Part shown: piece by piece, positions 36,211 through 48,850 of the stretch | Layout of the letters: every line of letters starts with the position of its first letter | Position numbering within the stretch: the stretch's first letter is position 1 | Source of the DNA: Octopus sinensis | Taxonomy: Eukaryota | NCBI RefSeq assembly: GCF_006345805.1 | Contig: NC_043010.1 | Location: 25,916,001 to 25,980,000, forward strand | Direction: 5' to 3' | DNA: 64,000 nucleotides | Position numbers and translations under genes: made by a program | Notes under the pieces: model-generated | The model's input: the letters and a program-made list of their open reading frames with translations, nothing else | Database searches by the model: none | Told to the model about the DNA's origin: nothing

Positions 36211-36418
36211 TTTGGACTTGATTTATTCGGTGTTAACGGGCTGGACAAGTGTTTGTTCTGTATCTCCATCAACTTTGACTTGCGCCGTTCTCGAAGCTCT
36301 TCTGCATCATCTTTGTTAGTCAGCAAGGCAGGAGTACCAAGACTGAGTCTTCTAGATGTAGTCCCCGGTGAGCCGACATGGGGGGTGGCAAATACGTTGG
36401 CCATGTTTTAAGCAGACA
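36211..36418 (-). CDS. NCAPH: Condensin complex subunit 2 (CAP-H/barren), first coding exon (ATG at 36404)
   Basis: Acceptor tttcattttttaaAG| at 36419, 14 nt UTR, then MANVFATPH...GTPALLTNKDDAEELRERRKSKLMEIQ...SPK. This resembles the vertebrate NCAPH N-terminus (GTPV...NDDEKERLQRRRS). Donor AA|GTAAGA at 36210, phase 2. Confidence 0.85.
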
Positions 36419-36694
36419 CTTTAAAAAATGAAAGAGAAAATAAAATCACTTAATGGTTACGTAACATCATCGTTAATCTATCTTTACCATGCAGGTATGG
36501 GTGGGAGAGGTTTTCTCTTATGACATGCAGGGACATAGTGCACCTATTCAACAAAAATATGAATCAATTTACTATGTGGCTTCATGTTCAATCCCACTGT
36601 ATGTCTTCTTGGGTGTCTTCTACAACAGCCATTGACTAACGAAAGCCTTGAGTGGATTAAAACAATGATAACGACCTGAACAATAAGACACCAA

Positions 36695-37160
36695 ATCATC
36701 ATCATTTAATGTCTGTTTTCCATGCTGACATGGGCTGGTAAGGCCAGGAGCCAAACCAGGCTCCTTTGTTTGTTCTGGTTTCTGCAACTGGATGCCCTTC
36801 CTGATGCCAACCACTAAATGTGAATAAATAAATAAATAAGCAAAACTGAATATATCTGCCACCTATGTTTGTAGTATTTGTTTATAGTAAGGTAGTACTA
36901 GGGTAGGTAGCCACCTACATCAAACTAGTGCCCAGAACTGAATTACTCTGGCCTGATACATATGTGTATCATCATTTAACATCCATCTTTTATGCTAGCA
37001 TGGGTTGGATGATTCAACTGGATCCAACAAGCCAGATGACTGCATCAAGCGCCATTCTCTATTTTGGCATGGTTTATATACAGCTAGGTGGACTTCCTAA
37101 TGCTAACCACTTTTCAAAGAGTATTGTTTTGTTTTTTTGTGGCACCAGCACTGGTGAGGT
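36695..37160 (-). mobile_element. Two decayed RTE-tail-type SINE/LINE 3' remnants
   Basis: catcatcatttaa...ccatgct..catggg and ggatgcccttcct..tgccaacc motifs shared with 30613-30790. Confidence 0.55.
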
Positions 37161-40100
37161 CACAAAATAACTCACAAGAGAAGACCCCCTGACAGAGTCA
37201 TGACACTGTCTTGAGGGAGGTGGGTGTGTGGCAGGTGTAGAGAGGCTAAAGTATGAAGTAACAGGGTAAACCTTTGAAGTGCAAAAAGGTGGATAGAAAG
37301 AGAATAGGGGCAGAGAATCGAGGATGGTTGGGTGGGAAGGTAGGTTTGTAAGAGTATGAAAGGAGTGAACAAACAACAGAGATAAGAACAAGTGAAAGTA
37401 ATTAATGGTAAACATTGATGGAGATGCAGGCAATGGTGAGTCCCAGTTTTGGGGAGTATAGTATGATGTAACCAGATAGATGAGAAATAGTGGGATGAAT
37501 CAATGTACAAGGGAGAGTGAAGATGTACAATGATGGAGACAGAAGTTAGAGGCACATAGGGATGGATATATGGAGTTACAAAAAGGAGGCATTGATGGCT
37601 GATATGAGAGAGGGTTCAAGGCAAAGATGCATTCAATGAACATGTAGTGGTAAAGGATGATGTTAAGAGTGCAGGATGGATAGCAAGGTAAGTGGTTCCA
37701 AGAAGAGGAATTACTAGTAGCACTGTAAGGAGAGAAGGAACATGTGTGGTTCTGTTTTCACATAATGAAAGTGGTTAAGAAACTGATGCAAGAGAGGAGT
37801 GGGTGTTACAGAGATGAGTTGCTGGGAAGGCTTGACAGGTACACATATATTGATAAGCTTACAAGACATAATTTTTGCTGAGATGGACGGTTCTTCTCAA
37901 GCACAGCGAATCACCATTCATCTTGGGATATTGAAAATAGGAAATGGCTGTTGAATCATGGTAAAAGGGCATTCAGAGAATGGTAGCAAAAGAAACAGGA
38001 CAGTTAAATATGTTTGACAAGTATTGCTTTATGTTGTTGCTTGATCTGCTACAAACAATAGCCAAATCACTGCCAACTTACACCCTATTATCTTCAAAGT
38101 AGGAGGGATATATATCAAATAAAGTTTTGCTAGATAATTATGCCTATTAAAAAAAAGAAAAAAAAAGGGAGTGGTCATGGCTAAAATGCCTTTTGATGAT
38201 AAGTCTCTTCAATTAGCATTTACCTGTGGCCATAAACAACCTTGTCCAGACTTGTACCTCGGAGGGTAAGTTTCTAGGTGCAATCCCATGGTCATTCATG
38301 ACTGAAGGAGGTCACAAATAACAACCAAGTCTGACTGCCATCGTACATCCTAAATAAACACTCCACAAAATATTTAAAACTCATCCCCCCACTCTAATTT
38401 ACAATTCTCACTCTTGTTCATCATTCACTATAATCATCCCCTACATAAACGTGGCCACCTTCGCCTCATGTTTATGTCCTTTTCTCACTGCCCCACCCAC
38501 TCTCTTACAGCCTTACCCACCACTCTCCCCAATGACTGAAACAAGTGGGAGAGAGTGGTGTACCAAAGATTATACCATTCAATATGTTCTAATGCTCCTC
38601 TTGAGTCATTGCAAGTGAACATTTGCTATAAAGACATGAGTAGAGAAGCTCCAGAGCGATACCATTCAGGGCTTCGGATAGAGCATAATTTTTAGAGAAA
38701 AAGAGAGACATGGGTAAGAAATGCCTGATTGAGATGGTGCCTGATTGAGATGTTGTATATACCATGGACTGCTTGTTTATACCCAAGAAATGGACTTGCT
38801 GTTTGTACTCAAGAAATGTGCAACGCACAGGTTATAATTATTTCTATAACATAATAATTTAAAAGTAAGTTAAAGAGAATTTAATAACACAAATTGTCTG
38901 CATAAAGAATTAAAATTTTTTTTTTGTTTTTGTGCCCGGATCAAACCCGGAACATTCACGATGTGAATGTTCCGAGTCCTCTGCCCCACACCCCTTTCGC
39001 GAGAACGCATTTTTTTGTCATATTCGTTTAGAGGAAATTGTTTTACACCTATTACACTATTTTTTTTTTTGTTTTTGTTTTTATGACCGGATCAAACGCT
39101 TTAGTTTGACCAACATGGCCTTCCGAACGGCATAGATTACGGTGATAAAGAAAACGGATCGTGTGGATTTTCCAACAGTCCTCTCCCTTCAGAAAACATT
39201 TTCCTCACAAATTTCTTTATAATCGTAATCTATGCCATTTGAACGAAATTTCATTAATATATATCCATTTTCCTGAAAGTTATGAGGAGAAAATCGGATC
39301 GACATTCTTTCTGCCATCGGATCTTGTGAATTTTCCGAAAGTTCTCTCATCACCCCACCCCGTTCGTTTGAGCAAATTTTTTGTTTTCATATTCGTCTTA
39401 TACACATTTTTTCACACCTATTAGACTGTTTTTTTTTTTGTGACCAGAAGGTAAGCTATTAACTCTTCGGCCACTTTCTTTCTTGGAATCAACATCTTCG
39501 CCCTCCAACATATGCATTATTCACTACATACATACGTACAAGATTGCAAAACGCAACGAAAATTTTAGGAAAATAAAAATAAGAAATAAGTGAAAATTTT
39601 ACCGGTGAGTGTGTTACATTATAAGGCATTAAAAGAAAATGACTCTCTCCAGACACAACAGAATATGCTTCAACACACGAACTTGCAAAGAATCTTGCAA
39701 ACCAAATCCAAAAACGAAATACGTATATGTATGTATGTCTATGAGATTCATTAAAATTGTTGGGAGTGGCATGAATCTCATTTCTTCGACATAAACAGAC
39801 CAGAATCAGATTAAGTGAATGAAGATAACAAACAGAACAATACAAGAGCTACAAGTCTCGGAAATACAAATCGTGATGGTTCGAATTCCTAGAAAGAACA
39901 GCCAAAACTCCGTTAGATCCCACCTCACAGATTTAAACAAGGAAGAACTCATTTGGTTAAAATAGTCTGAGATAAACTAGGCCTGAAAAAAAATATAGGA
40001 TGGACAAGACTGAACCACCTCTGGCTATAAGTCTGGTTGGTCAGTTAACTAAACTAATGTTTAGGACACACAAAACGAACCGATGGAGGAAATGCTGTTT

Positions 40101-40434
40101 TCTCCAACTGATAAAAATATTTTCCTTAAAGTACACAACTTACGGTCTGGATCAAGATAATGTATATTGAATAATGTATAGTCTTAGATACATTTAAAAA
40201 GACGGGATGGTCACGGGTGCAAAGCCTTTGATCATAGGCGTGTTCCATGAAGTTTGGCCTAGGGCTGAACAAATTTGAAAATTAAGCTAAAACTGACAGA
40301 GCACTTAATTAAATATTAATAAAAAGGGAATATCTTTCACTACATTCAGAAAGTTTATCAAATCTTAATATCTGAGTAGCTCTACGTCAAATGTGATATA
40401 AAGAAATTAAATAAACTAATTATTGTTTACTAAC

Positions 40435-40510
40435 CTTATTGATAAATTATTTCAAAAATATGTCAACAAGTAACGATCGAGAAGAAAGTTTGAAGTTTGC
40501 GCCAGGAGTG
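40435..40510 (-). promoter_or_regulatory. Candidate NCAPH promoter / non-coding first exon with CDE-CHR-like module
   Basis: Minus strand TGGCGC-AAAC-TTCAAA at 40504-40489 (GC box, 4-nt spacer, TTYRAA), followed by a donor AAG|GTTAGT at 40434. No transcript data. Confidence 0.45.
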
Positions 40511-40770
40511 AAGTCTCGCAACTTCTCGTTTCCAAATGCGAGAATTGAGCGAGATGTCATTCGGATTGTCACTGACCTTCCTTCCATTTTAATATTTTTT
40601 ATTAAATTAGTGGCGGTTTTTTAGTGCAGTTGAAGTCAACTACGGAATTTTCTCAAGAAAGCCAAGAGAAAAAGATGTTTTATGTAACACACTATCAGTA
40701 TACGAAGTTTAAAAGTGTTTAGTTACAAAGAAATGATTTTAAAAATCTGCCGATCAAAGTGTCAAGGGTA

Positions 40771-40988
40771 CTATTTAAGAAGAGTGGTCCCGGTGCGCGC
40801 ACTCGTATACTCGCGCATCCGCGCTAGCTAGTCGTGACTAGTCGATCCTTACTTTGTGTTTTTGTGTTTTATTTTGTTTAAAAAATTTATTTTGTGTTTT
40901 ATTTACTAGGTAGTCTTAGGTTCGACTAGTCACGACTAGCTAGCGCGGATACGCGAGTGCGCGCACCGGGACCACTCTTCTTAAATAG
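40771..40988. mobile_element. Palindromic MITE (Tc1/mariner-like, TA target)
   Basis: ~65-bp TIRs ctatttaagaagagtggtcccggtgcgcgcactc..., flanked by TA. Confidence 0.9.
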
Positions 40989-41147
40989 TACAGAAGTCAA
41001 CTTTGTTTTTCATTTCATCGGTGTCAGTTTTGTCTTTCATCCTTCCGATATCACCAAAATAAAGCACCAGCCACTGGAGAGAATAGAATTTACTAACTTC
41101 CTCACCCCAAGATTTTTGGCCGAGAGCTTACATTAGAATACATTAAC

Positions 41148-41650
41148 TAAGGCGGTATATTGGCAGAATCGGTAGAGTGTGGGACAAAATGCCTTGGGTT
41201 ATTTGTTCTGGCTCTTTATGTTCTGAGTTCAAATCCCGCCGTGGTGAACCTTCCTTTCTCTCCTACCAGAGTCAATAAACTGAAGTTCGGGATCGATTAA
41301 ACCCCTCCCTTCTATATTGCTTGCCTTGTGCCTAAATCAGAAACGAAATATTCTTATTAAGGCGGTGGAGTGTCAGAATCGTGAAAAAGCCGGACAAAAT
41401 GTTTTGTGATATTTGTTCCGGCTCTTTACGTTTTGAGTTAAAATGATGCTGAGGTCAACATTGCCTTTCATCCCTCCGGTATCAATACCATAAAGTACGG
41501 GAGGCAGACATTTTTAACACACTGCATAAAATGCTCAGTGACATTTCGTCTGTTTTTATTCCGTGTTCAAATTTCACCGGGTTCGACTTCGCTTTTTATC
41601 GTTTTAGAAATCATTGAAATAGGTACCAGTTGAGCAATGGAAACGATGTA
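41148..41650 (+). mobile_element. Three consecutive decayed tRNA-derived SINEs
   Basis: Repeated tggcagaatc / gagttcaaat / ggtcaac..tgcctttcatcc motifs at ~41150, ~41360 and ~41510. Confidence 0.7.
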
Positions 41651-41660
41651 ATCGATGGTA

Positions 41661-42323
41661 CTATTTAAAAAGAGTGGTCCCGGTGCGCGCACTCGCGCAT
41701 CTGCCCTAGCTAGTCATGAGTAGTCGATCCTACAACGACTACCTAGCAAAGTAAATAAAACATAAATAAATAATTTTTTTTATACAAAATAAATAATTGG
41801 ATCTTTTCGGTTTGACCGGCAGTTTTTTAAAAATAATTTCCACGTAACTAAACACTTAAACTTCGTATACTGGTAGAATGTGTTTATAAAACATCTTTTT
41901 CTCTTGGCTTTATTGAGAAAATTCTATAGTTTGTAACATATTTGTTGTTTTTTCTTCAATTTCTGCAATTTCAACCAATCATTGACGTCTATTGAGGTGA
42001 AAACATTCTGTGCCGTATGAATATGTCCCTCGTGTAAGAAACAGATTGGGTTTATTTACATTTGTGAAGAAAAAAAAATACCCTCCCCCGAACCCTAACC
42101 ATAACCCTAAAACAGATTGAAATGCAATAGATCGATACTAGGGTCATAATTACGGGTGACAATTTCATGACACCGCTAGAAAAACTGCCGTTCAAACCGA
42201 AAAGATCCTAATAATTTTTTAAACAAAGTAAATAGAACAAAAGCACAAAGTAAGGATCGACTACTCACGACTAGCCAGCGCGGATGCGCGAGTACGCGCA
42301 CCGGGACCACTCTTCTTAAATAG
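41661..42323. mobile_element. Second copy of the TA-flanked MITE, carrying a nested insertion
   Basis: Same TIRs as 40771-40988; TA on both sides. Confidence 0.88.
41799..42208. mobile_element. Non-autonomous element with GGATCTTTTCGGTTTGA TIRs (Mutator-like, inference)
   Basis: ~29-bp TIRs; imperfect AT-rich target duplication (aaataatt/taataatt); internal ccctaac repeats; related copies at ~40640-40760 and 60737-61402. Confidence 0.75.
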
Positions 42324-42444
42324 TAACATAATCGATTTGCCACTCAGCCTCCTCCAAAATTGCTGCCTAAAAATCGGAAAGAATTATTGTTTATTTGTTT
42401 TATTTTTATTTACAAAACTTAGAGTGAGACAGACGGGCAGTACT

Positions 42445-42830
42445 TTTTTACTCTTTTACTTGTTTCAGTCATGTGACTGTGGCCATGCTGGAGCACCGCC
42501 TTTTTAATTGAACAAATCGACCCCAGGACTTATTCTTTGTAAACCTAGTACTTATTCTATCGGTCTCTCTTTTGCCAAACTGCTAAGTTACGGGGACATA
42601 AACACACCAGCATCGGTTTCCAAGTGATGTTGGGGGGACAAACACAGATACACAAACATACACACACGCACATATAAATATATATACGACGGGCTTCTTT
42701 TCAGTTTCCGTCTACCAAATCCACTCACAAGGCTATAGTAGAAGACACTTGCCCAAGGTGCCACGCAGTGGGACTGAACCTGGAACCATGTGGTTGATAA
42801 GCAAGCTACTTACCACACAGCCACTCCTAC
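42445..42830 (-). mobile_element. Octopus-type SINE, full length
   Basis: Reverse complement of the 7388 family, with the cttttacttgtttcagtc tail. Confidence 0.88.
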
Positions 42831-43721
42831 ACTTAACCCTTGGGAATGTAAGGAGAAAATTGTCCTCAAACAGGAAACCTGATAAGAACGTCTGCAACAG
42901 AGTAGACCTCCGTTACGTTCATGTGTGGGGTTTATGATGGTGATTAAGACCCGAGGAGAAAATATATTATGAAGATTGTCAGTTGTGTTGTTCTCTTAAC
43001 TGTTGTTACTTATTGTTATTTAATCTCAGGATAACTCTCATCAAGCAGACCCATGACCAAAAGGTATTCCAGCTGTGACCAATTGATTTTTATTTACTTA
43101 TTCATTCAGCCATTCATTCCCGATACATTATCCAGAGTATTATGGCCCTGTACAAACTAAATTCTAATAACGGAATCGATAAAATAAGTATCAAGTGTCA
43201 ATCTCTAATCTGTTCTCCGGCTTCTCATAAAACGTGTTACTTTGTGCCTATGTAAAAGAAAAAAAGAAAGAAAACTGAATGCATGATCGAACCTCTACGC
43301 GGTCGCTCAGCTTTCTAGAAATAGCAAACAAATCATCCTGAAATCACATTACTGTTTTATACAAAGAAAAGATATTAGATAACATGGTTCCCACATAACC
43401 TTAGAAAGAAGAATGGTCGGTCAAACTAAAGGGTTTGACACGAGCAAAAAAAAAAAAGAAGAAAAAATATTCCGAGTCGTCCCACCACAGCCAAAAAAAA
43501 AAAAATTTTAATAGTGTAATAGGTGTACAACATGTGGTAATCGAATATGAAAAAGAAAAATGCGCGCCGGCGAACGTGGGGTGTATATGCATACTCACAC
43601 ATATGTCTGTGTGATTTGCATGCAATGTACATATATAGAAAGTGGGCTAGAAATAATTATACATAAATGAATATATATAGAGATATTTCTTTACTACCCA
43701 CAAGGAGCTAAACACAGAGGG

Positions 43722-46700
43722 TGTTGTTGTTATATATATATAATGTATTGAGTATTAAAGGAAGTAGTGAGTACTTAGTATGAAAGATTAAGAAAATGAG
43801 AGAGACTGAAACAAGGTGTTAACGATACAAGATACTTTATTCGACTGCCGTTGTTGTACAAGTTAATTGTTTTGGCGGGAAACAAAGTGAAAGTCCTTTT
43901 ATCAAGGGAGACAATGGGCGACGTTGATTGTTCATGTTTGTTGTGATGATTATATAACATCTTCCTTTTTTTTTATATCATCTGTATCTACAGGGAATAA
44001 TTATTCGTCGTCCACTTTTTGTGGTTTTATTATTTTGTAGTGTTGAATTCTGTAGTTGTGCTGTTTTTGTTTTTTCATGCGTGTTTGTTGACTTTGGAAA
44101 TATATTTTCATAATCTAATTCTTCTGTTATGCGAACGTGTTCGTTTGTTTTAAGAATATGTTGTCTATTTCGTTTGACTGTATTACCTTCCTCTGTTATT
44201 ACTAAGTATGAACGAGGTTGCTCTAGTTTTTTAATTATTTTGCCCCTTCTAAACCAATTGTTGTTAAACTTAATTCTAACCGTGTCGTGTGGTTTTAACT
44301 CTGGGAGTTCTGTTGTAATGTTTGATTTCTTCTTTTCGTGAGGCCTGATACCAATTTTGTCGTGTAGTATGTTTGGGAGATTTGTTCGCAATGTTCTATT
44401 CATTATTTGATTTGCAGGGGATGGTGCACCATTTTGTAATTTAGTCGTGCGTAATGCTAAGAGCGCTAACTGAGGTTCTTCGTCACTTTTGAATGCCTTT
44501 TTTAGCGTCTTTTTTATTGTCTGTATATTTCTCTCAACCATGCCATTCGCTTGATGATAATGCGGGCTTGTCTTCGTGTGATGAAAATGCCAATTTTTTG
44601 CAAATTTTTTGAATTCAGCCGAATTGAATTCTGGACCGTTGTCACTTACAACTGTTTGCGGAATTCCGAATTTAGCAAAAGTTTCTTTTAATTTTTTGAT
44701 TACGGTTTTTGACTGGCAATCATTTATTTCGTGTAGATCAAAAAATCTTGTTGTATAGTCAATAATTGTGACATACGAATTTCCAGACAGATGAAATACG
44801 TCTGTACCCACTTTGGTCCATGGTGTAGTAGGTATTTTATGATTTATTAGTGGTTCGGCTGCTTGTTGATTTTTGTAGTCAATGCAGTATGAGCATGTGT
44901 TAATCATGTCTTTGATTTGAGCGTTAATGCCGGGCCAGTATATACATTCCTTCGCTCTCTCTATGCATTTTTCGATACCCATGTGTCCGGTATGTATTTC
45001 CTGTAGAGCTTCTCTACGTAATGACTTAGGTACAATTATTCTTGAACCTTTTAGAACGAGACCATTGACGATTGATATTTCATCACGAACGGATACGAAT
45101 GGTTTGATGTTTATTGGTATTTTGTCTTTTGGGGGCCATTCTGTTCTTGTATATGTGACGAGTGTCTGTAGAGACGGGTCGTCTGCAGTGTATTCTTTAT
45201 ACTCTTTTAATTTAGTGTCGGTTATGGGGTAATTTTTTATTACTGCATGAATGTGCGATTTCATATCTTCGTCTGGTACTTCTGGAGTATTTTGCTCAAG
45301 GTATGCACGTGATAGGGTATCTGCAACAATTGATTCTTTACCAGGTATGTGGTTTAGGTCAAAATCATATCTTTGTAATGTTAGTAGAAATCTTTGGATT
45401 CTGGAGGGGCATTTAGTGATCGATTTTTTGAATATTTGCTTCAACGGTTTATGGTCATTTTCGATTCTGAAATGAGTTCCGTATATAACTGATGAAATTT
45501 CTTGCATGCGAAAACTATACTGAGAGCTTCGCTCTCTATCGGACAGTAGTTTTGTTCCGCTTGAGTTGTTGCACGAGATGCAAACGAAACAGGTAGCCAT
45601 CTTTCGTTGTGTTTCTGCTCAAGTATCGCTCCGAGCCCATGCTTACTAGCATCTGTAGTTATTTTTATTGGTAGATCTGGATCATAAAATTGTAGCACTG
45701 GTTTTCTGGTAATCATTTCTTTTAGCTTTTTTATTGCTTCGATTTGTGGTTTGTCGAATGACCATAACGTGTTACTCTGTAGAAGCTGGCGCAATGGTGC
45801 TGTGACTTCGGAGTAATTAGATAAAAATTTACATAGGTAATTTGTCATACCTAGGAATCTTTGTAATTCTTTTTTACTTGTTGGCAGTGGCATGTGAATG
45901 ATTGCTTGTACCTTGGTTGGATCTTGTGTTATCCCTTCGCTGGTTAATATATGCCCAAGGTACTTGATTTGTGATTCATAGAAGATACACTTTGATTTAT
46001 TTAACTTTAATCCGTGCTTTCGGATTCGATCGAAAACTTGTTGTAGTCTATTTGTGTGTTCTTCTAAAGTGTTGGACCAGATTATGATGTCATCCTGTGA
46101 ATTTCTTGCTCCTTCTATGCCCTCTATTATTTTTGAAATTTCTTTTTGGAAAACTTCACTGGCGCTGTGAATTCCAAAGGGTAGTCGTGTGAAGCGATAC
46201 CTTCCAAAAGGTGTGTTGAACGTTAAAAGATGGAGCTTTCTTCGTCAACTGGAATTTGCCAGTATCCATTAGATGCATCGAGTTTTGAAAAATATTTAGG
46301 GTTATGCATTTGTGCAAAAATGTCCTCCGCTGTAGGGAGTTTGAAATGTTGCCTTTTTATGGCTTTGTTTAGATTCTTGGGGTCTAAACAGAGTCGGAGT
46401 TTTCCGTTGGCTTTTTCAACGATGACTAGGGAATTTACCCAGTCTGTTGGTTCACTAACAGGTTTTATGATATCTAATTCTGTCATTCTTTTTAATTTTT
46501 TGTTGAGTTTTTCTTTTATAGAAAAAGGAACCGATCTTGGTGGATGAATTACATGAGTTATTTGTGGATCCACTGTGATATGATGTGTTATTGACAAAGT
46601 GCCGATTTCTCCGAAACAGTCTTCATATTTTTCTAATATGTCGTTTGTGTTCGACGAATTTATTTTTGAAATTCTCTGAATCAGGTTCAGATCTTTAGCT

Positions 46701-48235
46701 GTCTTTGCATCTATAACTGCGTGCGAGTTTGTTTTTGCAACAATGAATTTTATTTGCTTTGATAATTCTTTGTATTTAATGACTGCTGTGCATTTTCCTA
46801 ACACTTTTATAGCTGTGTTATTATAAGCTGATAATCGAGTTGAAGTTTTTTGCAGTTGTGGTTTTGGAATTATATTTCTATATTCTCTGAATGGCAGTAC
46901 GGTTACGTCTGCTCCTGTATCTATTTTGAATGTTACATTCGAGTTGTTCACTTTTAGTTCGACCGTCCAAATGTCTTTTGGAGTCTTGAACTTTTCGATT
47001 TTGTGCACGCGGGAATTATTTGCAGTGATCATTTCGAGTGCATGTGTATCGTCATCTGATTCATCGTCGGTATGTATCTGTACTTTATGTACAAATTTTC
47101 TTGATTTGCACATTTTCGCATAGTGTCCTTGTTTCTTGCATTTTTCACATGTCTTGTGAAATGCTGGGCATTTATTTCTTTTGTGATTATAACCACAATA
47201 GTGACAGTTAGTGACGTAGTGTTGACTTGGCGCTTGAAACTTCGCGGGCTTTCTGTCACTTCCGCCTTGTTCGTTTTGATGTCTGGATTGCATATGGCGG
47301 GTTATTTGGGTTTTGGCGCCTTTTCTGTCGTGTTGACTATATACCCTCGAGATTTCGTTATCTCTTGTTTCGGATGTGGCATTTAGCATCCTTGATTGGA
47401 GTCGTGTTTGCTCTGCACTCTGACCTGCTTGAATTGTTTTTTGTAGGTCTAAATTTGGTTCTCTCAATAATCTTTCTCTTAATCTCATGTCTCTGATTCC
47501 ACATATCAGAATATCTTTGGTGAGACTGTCTGTGAGGTTGCCGAATTCGCACTGTTGTGCCTTTTGGCGCAACTCTACTACGTACTCATCGAATTTTTGA
47601 TGTTCCGCTTGTCCACATGTGAAGAATTTGTGTCTTAGGAAAGTTATGTTTTTCCTGGGTTCACAATATGCATCGAATTTTTCGATTACTGTCTGAAGGT
47701 TCATTTCTTCGTCGGGTGAATCGAAATCCAGTGTGGAATGGATATCTCGGCCTTTAGAACCGATGCAAGTTAAAAACATTGAAGTTTTTACTTTGTCTGG
47801 CTTCATGTCACTTTCTGTTGCTATCAAAAAGAGATTGAATTCTTTTTTCCACTTTTTCCATGCTGCGGCTAGATTTTCCTGATTAAAGTCTAGGTCTTTT
47901 GGATGCGGTAAATTTTCCATTTCGTCTTTGAAGTATGATTTCAACTTCTTTTTTCCTTTGGTTTCTGTATTTTGTTTTTTTTAGTATTCTGACACCATGT
48001 TGTTGTTATATATATATAATGTATTGAGTATTAAAGGAAGTAGTGAGTACTTAGTATGAAAGATTAAGAAAATGAGAGAGACTGAAACAACGTGTTAACG
48101 ATACAAGATACTTTATTCGACTGCCGTTGTTGTACAAGTTAATTGTTTTGGCGGGAAACAAAGTGAAAGTCCTTTTATCAAGGGAGACAATGGGCGACGT
48201 TGATTGTTCATGTTTGTTGTGATGATTATATAACA
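43722..48235 (-). mobile_element. Full-length Ty3/Gypsy LTR retrotransposon (Mag-like)
   Basis: 238-bp LTRs (43722-43959, 47998-48235; 1 mismatch), TG...CA ends, 5-bp TSD GAGGG, PBS TGGTGTCAGAA (tRNA-Leu-like), PPT aaaaaaaaggaaga. Confidence 0.98.
43978..47944 (-). pseudogene. gag-pol polyprotein broken by two 1-bp frameshifts (~46232, ~45490)
   Basis: Two Cys/His knuckles, PR IDTGAD, RT LDASNGYWQ...LPFG...NSQDD, RNase H DASKHGLG, IN HTGH...C..C, VSDNGPEF, NGMVER; domain order PR-RT-RH-IN. Confidence 0.93.
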
Positions 48236-48332
48236 GAGGGGACAAACAAGGACAGACAAACGGATTAAGTCGATTACATCGACTCCAGTGCGTAACTAGT
48301 ACTTAATTTATCGACCCCGAAAGGATGAAAGG

Positions 48333-48757
48333 TGTAACGAAGGATCTGTTATCGATTCACTGAAGGGGTGTCGATACCCGATCTAGTTACATACAATTTT
48401 ATAAGACAATACAGACGAAGTCAGGTTATAGGTAAAAAGACAGCAGTTCGTTTATTTATTGCGATGTCGTACGTGTGTCTGATGGGAGAAAGACAGCCTC
48501 TAATATACAGCTTCTTGTTAGTTTGTTGGAGTTTGTCGGTGGTCGTTGGCGGCTATGTGGTAGCACGAGTGGTTGTCAGAGCCTGTTGAATGTACGTCCG
48601 ATCGCGATGAGCTGTGGAACCGGAGAGAAAGATTTGAGCTTGGCGGGCTTGAGGGAACGTTTCCCGCACATGCGCATGGGGAAGACTTCCGGTGGCCACC
48701 CGGAAGTAGTCCCATTCTGCGCATGCGCGCTGAAGCCTACACAGTAGCATCACTACA
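48333..48757. mobile_element. Solo LTR (425 bp)
   Basis: TG...CA ends, 4-bp TSD AAGG, minus-strand AATAAA at ~48452; no internal domains. Confidence 0.85.
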
Positions 48758-48850
48758 AAGGCAAAGTTGACCTCGGAGGAATTTGAACTCACAACGTAAC
48801 GGCAGCCGAAATACGGCTACGCATTTCGCCCGGCGTGCTAACGGTTCTGC

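Noticed and set aside
37172-38000. Purine-rich stretch as a decayed retroelement or host exon
   Set aside because: No motif I can align with confidence.
38589-39424. Short ORFs and splice-like sites (GG|GTAAGA ~38731, AG|GTAAGC ~39451) as a divergent plus-strand gene
   Set aside because: No recognisable protein and no consistent exon chain; cannot be excluded without RNA data.
39595-39612. Overlapping donors (minus G|GTAAAA at 39602; plus CG|GTGAGT at 39605) as the NCAPH first exon
   Set aside because: Possible, but lacks the CDE/CHR-like module seen at 40.5 kb; kept only as an alternative.
40439-40624. 61-aa plus-strand ORF
   Set aside because: No homology recognised; better explained as promoter or 5' UTR sequence.
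41148-41650. tRNA genes (also 1606, 7388, 48770-48850)
   Set aside because: Only A/B-box-like SINE heads; no cloverleaf.
44129-47552. Plus-strand ORFs over the Gypsy (and similar antisense ORFs over the hAT, RTE, CR1 and Penelope elements)
   Set aside because: Antisense shadows of the real coding frames.
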